Source of the DNA: a virus
Taxonomy: Duplodnaviria > Caudoviricetes
Length of the DNA stretch: 43,380 nucleotides
Direction: 5' to 3' (one strand)
Virus record (IMG/VR): IMGVR_UViG_3300018050_001064
Span: 1-43,380 of that record
The position numbers and the translations under genes are program-made. The notes beneath the pieces are model-generated. The model saw only the letters and a program-made list of their open reading frames with translations. It did not search any database and was not told the DNA's origin. Shown in pieces: positions 27,295-35,868 of this stretch (position 1 is its first letter; each line of letters begins with the position of its first letter).

Positions 27295-27308
27295 TCGGCG
27301 ACGACGCA

Positions 27309-27345
27309 GGGGGCGGAGTAGAAATACTTCGCCCCTTTTGTTTTT
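27309..27345 (+). terminator. Intrinsic terminator
   Basis: GGGGCGGAGTA-GAAA-TACTTCGCCCC followed by TTTTGTTTTT. Confidence 0.8.
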
Positions 27346-27350
27346 GCCTC

Positions 27351-27379
27351 TTGACGAAACCCAATCTGTTGAGCATAAC
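27351..27379 (+). promoter_or_regulatory. sigma70-type promoter
   Basis: TTGACG-N17-CATAAC; same arrangement at 35266-35294 and 37695-37723. Confidence 0.65.
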
Positions 27380-27392
27380 ATCAGCCACGACT

Positions 27393-27752
27393 ATGAAATA
27401 CACCGACCCGAACATCTCCAAAATCCTCGCCCTGCTCGGCGAATCCAAGCACGCCTTGGACAAGGTCTACGAGAAGGCGAAAGAATACGCCGAATGCGAC
27501 AGCGACCTCCGCTGGGCACGAGAGTGCCTACAAGAAGAAGTCGATGGTCTCGCCACGGGCGAAGAGTGGGCTGAAGAGGAGTCCGTCCAGCAAGCCAAGG
27601 AGAAGGTCGAGAAGGTCGAAGCCCAGCACATCCTGCTGGCGGCTGAACTCGCAACCCTGTCCAAGTCCCTCGAAGACGACCTCGGCTCGGCTGGGCGTGT
27701 CAGCGACCACTTCAACAAGAAGACTTACCCGCTCGGTATGTCGCCCCTCTAA
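27393..27752 (+). CDS. Hypothetical protein
   Basis: ATG at 27393 downstream of the promoter; helical. Confidence 0.65.
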   Translation: MKYTDPNISKILALLGESKHALDKVYEKAKEYAECDSDLRWARECLQEEVDGLATGEEWAEEESVQQAKEKVEKVEAQHILLAAELATLSKSLEDDLGSAGRVSDHFNKKTYPLGMSPL

Positions 27753-27889
27753 TGAGCCAATACTCCGACCCCCAGCACGCTCTCCTCGCCCGAATCGCAA
27801 AGGCTCTGGAACGCATCGCAGACTCCCTCGAACAAGAAGAAGAAAAGAATCCGCTTTTGAATCCTATCAAAAATGAAGAAAATCGATAA
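27752..27889 (+). CDS. Hypothetical protein (45 aa)
   Basis: Manually read MSQYSDPQHALLARIAKALERIADSLE..., TAATG coupling to the upstream gene. Confidence 0.55.
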   Translation: MSQYSDPQHALLARIAKALERIADSLEQEEEKNPLLNPIKNEENR

Positions 27890-28088
27890 GCCCGTTTACT
27901 ACACGGCGATGACCATCCTCGTGGAGATGGAAGTCCGTGCTAACTCGCAAGAGGAAGCCAACGCCATCCTGCGTCACAAGATGCAGACCCTCGCCGCTAC
28001 CAATCACGACCTTGCCGTCAACGAGATGGTAAGCAAGATGCCCGACTTCCGCCACCTCGGCGGGTTCGACCTCAAAGCCCTTCCGTAA
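27873..28088 (+). CDS. Hypothetical protein
   Basis: 71 aa in a coupled operon. Confidence 0.6.
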   Translation: MKKIDKPVYYTAMTILVEMEVRANSQEEANAILRHKMQTLAATNHDLAVNEMVSKMPDFRHLGGFDLKALP

Positions 28089-28294
28089 TGCAACACATCC
28101 GTATCCACAATCTCCAGAAGCACGACATCTTCTGTGACCTCGACCTCTCGCCGACTGACCTACAACTTATTCGGGAGTGCGTCAAACTCATCGACCACCA
28201 CGACGAGCGTGTCAGCATCACGCTGACCAACAGCCGTCCTGCGAGTCTTGCCTTGATGCCCGACACCGCCATCCCCATCGTGCGTGCCGTATGA
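28088..28294 (+). CDS. Hypothetical protein
   Basis: 68 aa, TAATG coupling. Confidence 0.6.
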   Translation: MQHIRIHNLQKHDIFCDLDLSPTDLQLIRECVKLIDHHDERVSITLTNSRPASLALMPDTAIPIVRAV

Positions 28295-28563
28295 GCCAGC
28301 CCTTCACCTTCAAGTTCAAGTTCCGCCTGCCTGCCTCGGAGAAGCCCCCGCTCGGACTCCCCCCGCTGGTCATTGACCTCTCCCAAGCCTCCCAGAAGCC
28401 CGATGTGCTGGGTATGCTGGCGGACGGCAAAGCCCCCATCCCAAACAGCCTACAAGGGCTAACGAAGGGGCAACTCGCAAGCCTTGGCGTGTCCAAGGTG
28501 CGGATGTCCAAGAAGCACGGCTCTCGCTATGTCGATGTAACGCCCAAGCGATACGATTCGTAA
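28291..28563 (+). CDS. Hypothetical protein
   Basis: ATGA overlap start, MSQPFTFKF... Confidence 0.55.
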   Translation: MSQPFTFKFKFRLPASEKPPLGLPPLVIDLSQASQKPDVLGMLADGKAPIPNSLQGLTKGQLASLGVSKVRMSKKHGSRYVDVTPKRYDS

Positions 28564-28606
28564 GTGAAACCTTGCACCGCTCCCGTGGTTCGCCACAAGT
28601 GAACCA

Positions 28607-28861
28607 ATGAGCAAGGACAACCCGCTTGGATACACGGAGGAAGACCTCAAGTCAGTCCAGCCTTGCCACCCGACATTTGCCTGCCCGCATTGCAAGCAAC
28701 GCCATTGGGAAAACAAAACCTTGTTTCACAGCACGCCGACACGACTCTGGAAGTCGGAGACGAAGTGCCTCAAGTGTGCGAAGTATGTTCGCTGGCTTGT
28801 GGATCCGGATAAGACAATTGAGGAGCAGTCGGAAGAGATGCACAGACCGATTGGATTTTGA
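28607..28861 (+). CDS. Zinc-ribbon protein
   Basis: CPHC and CLKC pairs. Confidence 0.6.
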   Translation: MSKDNPLGYTEEDLKSVQPCHPTFACPHCKQRHWENKTLFHSTPTRLWKSETKCLKCAKYVRWLVDPDKTIEEQSEEMHRPIGF

Positions 28862-28867
28862 AATCCT

Positions 28868-29077
28868 ATGAAGGGCGTGAGAAAAAAGAGAACTTGGAAG
28901 AGACCAGCCCACGGAGGCGGTCACCTCGTGGCTGGCTTGAAGAACCAGACTCCGTCAGAGTTTGCCGTCACACAGCAATACTTCACATCTGCCAAGGCTC
29001 GCTGGGAATACTTGTTCCACCCCGACCGCAATCGCTGGTTTAAGCGACTCGACGACCGCCCCGCCCCGTCTCCTTGA
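28868..29077 (+). CDS. Hypothetical protein
   Basis: 69 aa, last of the plus-strand block; 3' end overlaps a convergent gene. Confidence 0.45.
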   Translation: MKGVRKKRTWKRPAHGGGHLVAGLKNQTPSEFAVTQQYFTSAKARWEYLFHPDRNRWFKRLDDRPAPSP

Positions 29078-29378
29078 GACCGATGGGATTGCCGTTGGCA
29101 TCCCGTTCAAGCGTCAAGCGTGTCGCCGTAATCTCACGACCGCCAAGCAAGAAGCGTCCTACCACGGAGCGGTCACGCACGACGGACAAACGGACGGGCT
29201 GTGCCTTGCCGTTATCGTAAAGCAACACGAGGTCTCCCTGCTGATACAAGTCCTTCAGAGTGCCTTCTGGATTGTTGCGGAAGTAGCCAGCGACATCGGC
29301 ACGCACAGGCTCATCCGCCATCGTGCGGACGCTGATGCCCTGCACGCTTGAGCGTGGTTTTGTCTGCCCTCTTGCCAT
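29040..29378 (-). CDS. Protein with degenerate MARG leader
   Basis: Starts MARGQTKPRSS; GTTGACA 15 nt upstream of the ATG. Confidence 0.65.
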   Translation of the reverse strand: MARGQTKPRSSVQGISVRTMADEPVRADVAGYFRNNPEGTLKDLYQQGDLVLLYDNGKAQPVRLSVVRDRSVVGRFLLGGREITATRLTLERDANGNPIGLKETGRGGRRVA

Positions 29379-29402
29379 ACGCCCGTGGCGTTATGTCAAC
29401 GC

Positions 29403-29597
29403 TCACTTACCCTCTTCCAACATCTTGGAAATCAATGCCTTAATCTTCTTTTCGGAGAGTCCTTTTAAGGTCGCTTCGAGGATGGCATCTTCCTGCTCTT
29501 GGGTAAGTTCGGCGGGCTTCGAGTTCGGACCGACTTGCTTCTTCGGGTCACGCTCGTTGCCGTCCATATTGTCGCCTGTGGTTCGTCCTTTGGTCAT
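29403..29597 (-). CDS. Hypothetical protein
   Basis: 64 aa, 4-nt overlap with the upstream gene. Confidence 0.5.
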   Translation of the reverse strand: MTKGRTTGDNMDGNERDPKKQVGPNSKPAELTQEQEDAILEATLKGLSEKKIKALISKMLEEGK

Positions 29598-30301
29598 AGA
29601 TTTTTTGTGGTGTATCCGATGTTCAGTTTGCGGTCAACCATCTTAAGCATATCGTCGAGGGCGGTCGCAAGGTCTTTGGTCGTCGCCGAGTATGTGGCAT
29701 CGCCCTTGTATCCGAGTTTCGCAAACGCCACTTCTCTGGCGGCGTTGAGCATCTTCTCGACATCCGATTCCTTCATCTTCCAAAACTTCGAGTCCTTCGG
29801 CGGACTGATGCTGAAGACCTTGTCACCCGCAACGGCACGAAACTCCTTTGCCTTTGCGAAGTGTAGGAGGGTCACATCCGCTCGTGAGAACGGCAGAGAA
29901 ACGCCATCGACGATGGGGTGGTTGTGCGTAAAGATTCTGCCCTTCATAGCCTTGATTTCCTTGTTGGATAACCACACAGCCGAGCCGTTGTGCGATGTCT
30001 TGACCATCACCTGTGTGCCGTCTTCGTCGTAAACCGCCCCGTGTTCGACATTGGCGTTCGAGATGGTTCGCTCCGCAACGGCGATTTCCTTGTTCGCCAT
30101 CTCAATCAATTCCTGTGTAGGAGGCAAATCATCGCCCTCTGACTGCACGCCGTCCTTCTCGATGAGAGCCTTGGACTTGACCAGATTGCCGACGAGTCGC
30201 ACAGCAGGCGACTTCTGGCTCATAATAGCACGCACGGATGTGCTTTCGCTACGGGCTTCCCGCCCGCCTCGTGTGCCCCTGCCATTGCTTCCTCGTGACA
30301 T
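29594..30301 (-). CDS. MARG-leader family protein with JAB/JAMM-like domain
   Basis: MSRGSNGRGTRGGREARSE leader; EHGAVYD...FTHNHP...FSRAD. Confidence 0.7.
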   Translation of the reverse strand: MSRGSNGRGTRGGREARSESTSVRAIMSQKSPAVRLVGNLVKSKALIEKDGVQSEGDDLPPTQELIEMANKEIAVAERTISNANVEHGAVYDEDGTQVMVKTSHNGSAVWLSNKEIKAMKGRIFTHNHPIVDGVSLPFSRADVTLLHFAKAKEFRAVAGDKVFSISPPKDSKFWKMKESDVEKMLNAAREVAFAKLGYKGDATYSATTKDLATALDDMLKMVDRKLNIGYTTKNL

Positions 30302-30304
30302 CGG

Positions 30305-30985
30305 TTATGGGGCGAGGATTTTGATGAGCCGTGAGGTGATTGCGTCACGGGCGATTTGCACGGACTCGTTCAGCCCCCTACTCATAACCTTGGTGAAGTC
30401 TTTGTTGGTTTTGAGGTTGGCGGAATACTCCAGACCGACCTTCCCCTCATACGATGTGTTCCAATTCTTGATGGCACGCTCGCCGTCTTCCCCGCCCTGT
30501 GCCCCACGGATGATAGCCGATGTTCGGCGAACCACCTCATCTACGAAAATCTGCTTTGCCTTGGACTCGACTGTGGCGGTTTCAGAGCCGGGGCGACCAA
30601 ACGCCCAATCCTTGGTGAAATCCTTGAACTCGTCTGGGAACTCCGCCTTGAGGTATCCGAAGTCCTTGGATACGACCTCATCCCAGAGGCGACCAGCCTC
30701 CTTCTTGGCATAATCAACAGTCTCCTTGTCTAGGAAGTATCCCGTCTGCCCCTTCGACTCAAAGGACTCAAACAGCGTCTTACGCTGGGACTCATCCAAT
30801 GGGGCGAGAGCCTTGGTCATCTTGGCGGACACCTCACCCAAATCCTGCTTCTGCGTCCACTTGATGCCTGTCGTAGTGGCGAGCATATCGAAGCCCACAG
30901 TAACCATACGGGTATCACGGCGGGGCGTGGATGCCCCCTCCGAGCGTGCCGCTCGTCCGTCTCGACTGTTGCTACCTCTCGCCAT
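30305..30985 (-). CDS. MARG-leader family protein
   Basis: Begins MARGSNSRDGRAARSE. Confidence 0.8.
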   Translation of the reverse strand: MARGSNSRDGRAARSEGASTPRRDTRMVTVGFDMLATTTGIKWTQKQDLGEVSAKMTKALAPLDESQRKTLFESFESKGQTGYFLDKETVDYAKKEAGRLWDEVVSKDFGYLKAEFPDEFKDFTKDWAFGRPGSETATVESKAKQIFVDEVVRRTSAIIRGAQGGEDGERAIKNWNTSYEGKVGLEYSANLKTNKDFTKVMSRGLNESVQIARDAITSRLIKILAP

Positions 30986-31433
30986 ATTGCTTCTTGGGTC
31001 GCTTCTTGCCCGCAGTCAACCGCATCTGACGCTCCTTGATGGTTCGCCCGTTGCCCTTGTTTCCCGCCCCCCAATTTGGGGTTAGGGCGTGGCAATTGGG
31101 GCACAGCACCTCCAAGTTCTTCTCCTTGGTGTTCATCGCATTGCCGTCCTTGTGGTGAACTTGCACGGGCACTTTGCCCGATACGGGATGCTTCTTGTTC
31201 CATCCACACCGACTGCACTTGTGTCCGTTCCTATTGAGGATGTAGTTGCGGATGGTCTGGGATAATTGGAGTTGGAAGCCCCGAACCCCGTCGAACTTGC
31301 CAGCCTTCCACGCCTTTATCGTCTGCTCGTTCTGCCAAATGTTCTGGCACTTCTGTGAGCAATAGACGATGGGTCGAGAGGGATTCCTCTTGTTAGGACT
31401 AATTAACTTCCCACAACACTTGCAAGGTTTCAT
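30972..31433 (-). CDS. HNH endonuclease
   Basis: CKCC, YCSQKC, CSRC, QVHHKDGN...NLEVLCPNCH. Confidence 0.88.
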   Translation of the reverse strand: MKPCKCCGKLISPNKRNPSRPIVYCSQKCQNIWQNEQTIKAWKAGKFDGVRGFQLQLSQTIRNYILNRNGHKCSRCGWNKKHPVSGKVPVQVHHKDGNAMNTKEKNLEVLCPNCHALTPNWGAGNKGNGRTIKERQMRLTAGKKRPKKQYGER

Positions 31434-31450
31434 CCCTTGCAGGGTGGTTG

Positions 31451-32332
31451 TTAGTCAACCAGATTGTTCAGTCCAGACTTCGGGTCGATGCGTGTAACCT
31501 TAAAGCCAGAACCAGACTTGGACTGACCTTCCTTGTATGGACGACCAGCAGGTCCAATTGCTTTCGCAATCTGCTCTATCTTGTAACTGCCAACCTTCGC
31601 ACCCTCTGCGATGCTTTCAGCCTGCCACGCTGAACTTGAGATGATTTCAGCCGTCTGCTTAACGCCATTCTTGCGACCAATGTCGCTACCAGCGGTGGCG
31701 GCGGCAAGTTGGAGACCACGGGGAGATGCGTCAAAAGTTCCAATAACACGGAGAGATTGAGTGCCATTGGGTGTATTGTTCTCAATTAGGTCGCCACGGA
31801 AGATGCCAACTGTGCCTTGCGGGTCGTTGGTATCCCAAGTGTGCGGGATGGCGTAAAGTTTCTTGTTTGCATCCAAGGCAAAAATGAAGCCGTTTTCCTT
31901 GTTAGCGTCTCTATTTCCACGCTCAAAAGCATCGCTCGCTTCTTCTGACCTTGTAGACTTTGTTCCAGAGCGGTCAAACCCGCCCTTTTGACGATACTCG
32001 TAGTCAATCTTCTTTCCGTCAACTGTGCTTTCCATCAAGTTCAACTTGCCAACCTTCTTTAGGTGGTCGGATTCGGCAATGTCGATTTTGTATGACTCTC
32101 TGTCTGGGCGGAAATCGGTCAGTTCTTTGACGGCTCGGTTGTTCGCCAGATACAACTTCATAGCGGTCAACGCCTTGTCCTCGTCAAACTTGGAATTGTC
32201 GGCTTCGGCTTTAAATGTCTCCAACAGGTCTACCGCCCTGTTAATGCGAGCCTGTGCAGTTTCAGCACGAAAGACTGTGCCCGCCTCGGAGCGTGCCGAA
32301 CGACCTTCGCTTGCTCGATTACCTCTTGCCAT
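31451..32332 (-). CDS. MARG-leader family protein
   Basis: Begins MARGNRASEGRSARSE. Confidence 0.8.
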   Translation of the reverse strand: MARGNRASEGRSARSEAGTVFRAETAQARINRAVDLLETFKAEADNSKFDEDKALTAMKLYLANNRAVKELTDFRPDRESYKIDIAESDHLKKVGKLNLMESTVDGKKIDYEYRQKGGFDRSGTKSTRSEEASDAFERGNRDANKENGFIFALDANKKLYAIPHTWDTNDPQGTVGIFRGDLIENNTPNGTQSLRVIGTFDASPRGLQLAAATAGSDIGRKNGVKQTAEIISSSAWQAESIAEGAKVGSYKIEQIAKAIGPAGRPYKEGQSKSGSGFKVTRIDPKSGLNNLVD

Positions 32333-32367
32333 AGTGCCTCTTGGTCTGTGTCAACGCCCCGTAGGCA

Positions 32368-33186
32368 TCAACCAAGCCCAATCTTCTTGTCTCTAAAGCC
32401 CTTGGCGATTTCGCTGGAGATAATTGCCTTTTGTTCCTGCGTAAGGTCTTTGCGTTCAAGCGTCTCGGTAATTGCCTGCATACGAATCTTCTGGGTGTCT
32501 GGGTTGTATGCAGAACTTGCGGAACGCTCCGACTTTGCGGCACGACCACCAGACAACTGATTACGGGGGTCTTTTTCCTGCCAAGTCATACCCGCCCGTT
32601 GCATTCTGTCATAGCCCTCACGCAGGGCAAGGTCAACCAACTTGGCGGCGGTCTTTTCTCCGAATGTAGGAGTAAGGTCGCTGATACTCAATTGAGCAAA
32701 CCCAGAGAAATTACGCTGACCTTGGACAAACGCTCTCATCATAAGGTCGTTAGCCAAAGCGATGACCGCTTTACGACCTCGACCAAGCCCTTCTTGGACA
32801 TAACCCGCTCCACCCTTTGCGGTAATACGCTTATCCCTGTCTGTTTCGTTTGCCAAAAGGTTAATTGCTTCGGCAACCTTCTTGTTGCCAATCGCTTCAT
32901 CGCTTCTGACAGAAATCAATCTGTCGTAGGCTTTGCCGTTCGTATCATAAAGTTCCGTCAATGTGGTTGGCTTGGTCGGTATAATCTTGTCCGCAATCTG
33001 GTTGAGAGCGTTAGAAATAGCCACGACTGTTTCCCTTGAAATGGCGTTGCTCTTAACAAGACCAACCTCGTTGATTTGAGACTTCATAAAAGAAGCCCCA
33101 GCCTGCCCCTCCGCTCCTTGAAATGCGGAAGAACCACCCTCACTTCGGGCGGCTCGACCTTCTCTGCTGTTGCTTCCTCGTGCCAT
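32368..33186 (-). CDS. MARG-leader family protein with second internal motif
   Basis: Begins MARGSNSREGRAARSE; internal GGRAAKSE near the C-terminus. Confidence 0.8.
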   Translation of the reverse strand: MARGSNSREGRAARSEGGSSAFQGAEGQAGASFMKSQINEVGLVKSNAISRETVVAISNALNQIADKIIPTKPTTLTELYDTNGKAYDRLISVRSDEAIGNKKVAEAINLLANETDRDKRITAKGGAGYVQEGLGRGRKAVIALANDLMMRAFVQGQRNFSGFAQLSISDLTPTFGEKTAAKLVDLALREGYDRMQRAGMTWQEKDPRNQLSGGRAAKSERSASSAYNPDTQKIRMQAITETLERKDLTQEQKAIISSEIAKGFRDKKIGLG

Positions 33187-33221
33187 AGTGATTGTTGGGT
33201 TATGTCAACGGAAGGTAGGCA

Positions 33222-33686
33222 TCACCCCAGCATATCACGAATGTCCCGATTGGTCTGGTAGTCCACCGCCTCAATTGCTCGCTTGATGATGTCCATATAC
33301 TCCTTGGCTTCTCTGCCAGACGGACCACGACCCTCCTTAATCCACTTTGTGCCCATCGACTCAAGGGCATCTATGGCATCCATAACATACGGGCTGTCGG
33401 GCACTTCGCCGTTCATTGCACCCGCAAACTTGCTACGCTCCTTGTAGGCTTCCTTAATGTGGAAGATGGCGTTGTCTCTGGCTTCACGCTCTTCGCCCTT
33501 GGGGTCGGTGTATTGGTAAGAGGCGTTGTTTTGGGCAATGCCACGGAAGTCCCTGCTGATGGTGTCTTCGTTCACATTGCGTCCGCCCTGTGAGGCACGC
33601 TCACGGGAGGTAAAGTCTGAAGAGCCATATTGGTTGGCTTCGGAACGAGCCGCTCGCCCCTCGGATGATTTGTTGCCTCGTGCCAT
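33222..33686 (-). CDS. MARG-leader family protein
   Basis: Begins MARGNKSSEGRAARSE. Confidence 0.8.
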   Translation of the reverse strand: MARGNKSSEGRAARSEANQYGSSDFTSRERASQGGRNVNEDTISRDFRGIAQNNASYQYTDPKGEEREARDNAIFHIKEAYKERSKFAGAMNGEVPDSPYVMDAIDALESMGTKWIKEGRGPSGREAKEYMDIIKRAIEAVDYQTNRDIRDMLG

Positions 33687-33704
33687 AGTAGTCGTGGGTT
33701 ATTG

Positions 33705-34127
33705 TCAGCCCCGATACGCCTCTTTGAGAGTCGCCTCGTTGATGGCATCGAACATCGAATCAACTTGGATTTCTGGTAGGTCAGTAACCACTTTGCCTCT
33801 CGATGTGACCACCTTGAGGTCATACACATCAGAGCCGTAGCGGTATTTCAGTTCGACATTCCATCCTGCGCCGGGCTTGGTGACCTTGAAGGTCAAGGTA
33901 GTGTCCCCGTTCTGGATGCCCGTGAAGCGGAGAGAACCACGCTGGACATACGCCCCCAGACCAAACGGGCTGTAATCCTTCGCCAGCGTGTTCAGTTGGT
34001 CTACCATCGTGCGGGCAACCTCCTTGTGTCGCTCGGTCTCACGAGGGGACAGCGTATTGGTTATCGTGCCAATCTCTGATAGGGCGGCTCGTCCAGAGCC
34101 AGATGATGAATTAGAGCCTCGTGCCAT
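33705..34127 (-). CDS. MARG-leader family protein
   Basis: Begins MARGSNSSSGSGRAALSE. Confidence 0.8.
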   Translation of the reverse strand: MARGSNSSSGSGRAALSEIGTITNTLSPRETERHKEVARTMVDQLNTLAKDYSPFGLGAYVQRGSLRFTGIQNGDTTLTFKVTKPGAGWNVELKYRYGSDVYDLKVVTSRGKVVTDLPEIQVDSMFDAINEATLKEAYRG

Positions 34128-34136
34128 AGTCGTAGA

Positions 34137-34733
34137 TTAAGGATTGAAGAACGCCTGTCGGGCTTTTTCCTTCTTGTCGTATTCGGCTTGGAGTGCGTTC
34201 TCCGTGGCAAGAAGCCTGTCCACTTTTGCGTATGCTTCTGGGACGATAGCCTTGATGCTTGCGTCAATCTCGTCCATCGAGCGACCACGATTGGAGGCTT
34301 TGTCCATATAGTCCGCCATCGGTTGTCCGTATTCCTTGCGGAATGCGACTTCGAGTTCGTCACGAGCCTTGTTGGTTTCGGCGGACGCTTCGTTGTAAAA
34401 GTTCTTCGCACGAACAAAGTCTGCCTCAATCTTCTTCCCCTCTGGGGTGGCAAGCAGACGCTCACGGGAGTTCTCACGAGCCTTGGTTCGCTCCCTGCGG
34501 TTCACCTGTTGCTGAAGCCATTGACCATAAGACGGGGCACGGAGTCCGTTCGCACGGCTCTCATAAGCCTCTTCGCCGTATTGGGCGAGGATGTCGTCTT
34601 TGTTGGCTGGGTAGCCCCTGTTGGCGTTCTTGAGGAGATAAGCCTCCGCATCGGAGGTGGACATCTTCCCGATGTTAGGCACGCCCTCGCTTCGAGCGGA
34701 GCGTCCTGTGCTTGCGTTCTGTCCTCGTGCCAT
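34137..34733 (-). CDS. MARG-leader family protein
   Basis: Start re-assigned to ATG 34733 (MARGQNASTGRSARSE), which removes the overlap with the upstream gene. Confidence 0.8.
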   Translation of the reverse strand: MARGQNASTGRSARSEGVPNIGKMSTSDAEAYLLKNANRGYPANKDDILAQYGEEAYESRANGLRAPSYGQWLQQQVNRRERTKARENSRERLLATPEGKKIEADFVRAKNFYNEASAETNKARDELEVAFRKEYGQPMADYMDKASNRGRSMDEIDASIKAIVPEAYAKVDRLLATENALQAEYDKKEKARQAFFNP

Positions 34734-34761
34734 AGTGGTTATTGTTCGGTGTCTACCCCGT

Positions 34762-34959
34762 TCAGATACCCCTGTGGTGCATCTCGTCGCAGATGCGGGC
34801 GAACTCCCGCTTGTCGGACGCTTCACGCTCCCAATCCTTGCTGGGACGCTTGAACTGCTCGTAGGCTTCACGCAGGAGGTCGTTGGACATCTTGTTGAAG
34901 TCCATCCCGATGTCGCCGTTGGGCAACAGGGTGATGGGGAAGAAGACGGGAGGCTTCAT
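34762..34959 (-). CDS. Hypothetical protein
   Basis: 65 aa, TAATG-coupled to the upstream gene. Confidence 0.6.
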   Translation of the reverse strand: MKPPVFFPITLLPNGDIGMDFNKMSNDLLREAYEQFKRPSKDWEREASDKREFARICDEMHHRGI

Positions 34960-35243
34960 TAGTTGATTTCGACCTTGTCGTGGAGATAGAAGGTAGCCAC
35001 TCGGTCGTGACCAGCCTTGGAGAGTTCAATCTCGAAGATGTATCCGTCCTGCACGAGGACAGGATACTTACCCGAAGCGAGTTTCTTGAGGTAGTGCTTA
35101 ATCTTCTTGGCGTTCTTCGGGTCTTCTTCGACACGGAAGTAGTTACCACCGCAACCGCAACGGCAACAATGACCCTTGCCGATGTAGAGGGACTCGACCT
35201 GTTCGACAGAGAAGGAGGGGGCTTGTAAGAGGGAGGCTTGCAT
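34959..35243 (-). CDS. Hypothetical Cys-cluster protein
   Basis: 94 aa with HCCRCGCGG. Confidence 0.65.
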   Translation of the reverse strand: MQASLLQAPSFSVEQVESLYIGKGHCCRCGCGGNYFRVEEDPKNAKKIKHYLKKLASGKYPVLVQDGYIFEIELSKAGHDRVATFYLHDKVEIN

Positions 35244-35265
35244 AAGGATTGGTTTGATGTCTTAT

Positions 35266-35294
35266 GTTATGGTCAAGTGTTTGGGTATTGTCAA
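35266..35294 (-). promoter_or_regulatory. sigma70-type promoter
   Basis: TTGACA-N17-CATAAC. Confidence 0.65.
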
Positions 35295-35302
35295 CAGCAA
35301 AA

Positions 35303-35343
35303 ATGAAAAAAGGAGGGGCGAGGGTTTTACCCCCCGCCCCTTG
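35303..35343 (-). terminator. Intrinsic terminator
   Basis: Minus strand AAGGGGCGGGGG-GTAAA-ACCCTCGCCCCT followed by CCTTTTTTC. Confidence 0.65.
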
Positions 35344-35401
35344 GTATTCAACAACGACTATGACTACCAACAACCCCCGCTCTCACACGGGGGAAGGTGT
35401 G

Positions 35402-35818
35402 TTAGAAGGGAGCGTCTTCCTTCGGCTTCGAGTAGCGAGAGACCTTGAGGAAGGTCTTCGTTTCGCCGTTCTTCTCGTAGGAGTCCTTCTTCAGCGTCAC
35501 GGCGAGTTTCATCCCGACGAACGAGCGGACAAAGTTGAAGAACTCACCACGCTTGGTGAAGTCATACTCCGTGCCGTTCGGGACTTTCATACCCGTGGCG
35601 ACGATGAGTTGGTTGAGCCGCCAATAGACAGTATCCTTGTTGAGGAGGTCGTCCTTGCACGAGCGGTTGGCGGAGTCCTTGAAGACGATGAGAGCCTTCT
35701 CGAAACCCTGCGGGGTCATCTGCTGTTCCACGGAGTCGATGACGACATTGTAGTCGCCTTCATCCGTGAAGCGTTCGGGGCGGTCGCCCGCATTGAGGTC
35801 TACTTTGAACTTACTCAT
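35402..35818 (-). CDS. Putative ssDNA-binding protein (DUF669-like)
   Basis: EGDYNVVIDSVE start and acidic/aromatic C-terminus EDAPF; next to recombination genes. Confidence 0.6.
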   Translation of the reverse strand: MSKFKVDLNAGDRPERFTDEGDYNVVIDSVEQQMTPQGFEKALIVFKDSANRSCKDDLLNKDTVYWRLNQLIVATGMKVPNGTEYDFTKRGEFFNFVRSFVGMKLAVTLKKDSYEKNGETKTFLKVSRYSKPKEDAPF

Positions 35819-35868
35819 TTTTTCTTTGGTTTTTTGGTTTTTGGGTTGGTTGTGTTTCCTTGGGGGAA

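Noticed and set aside
29403-29597. MTKGRTT... as another leader family member
   Set aside because: Lacks both MARG and the GRxAxSE core
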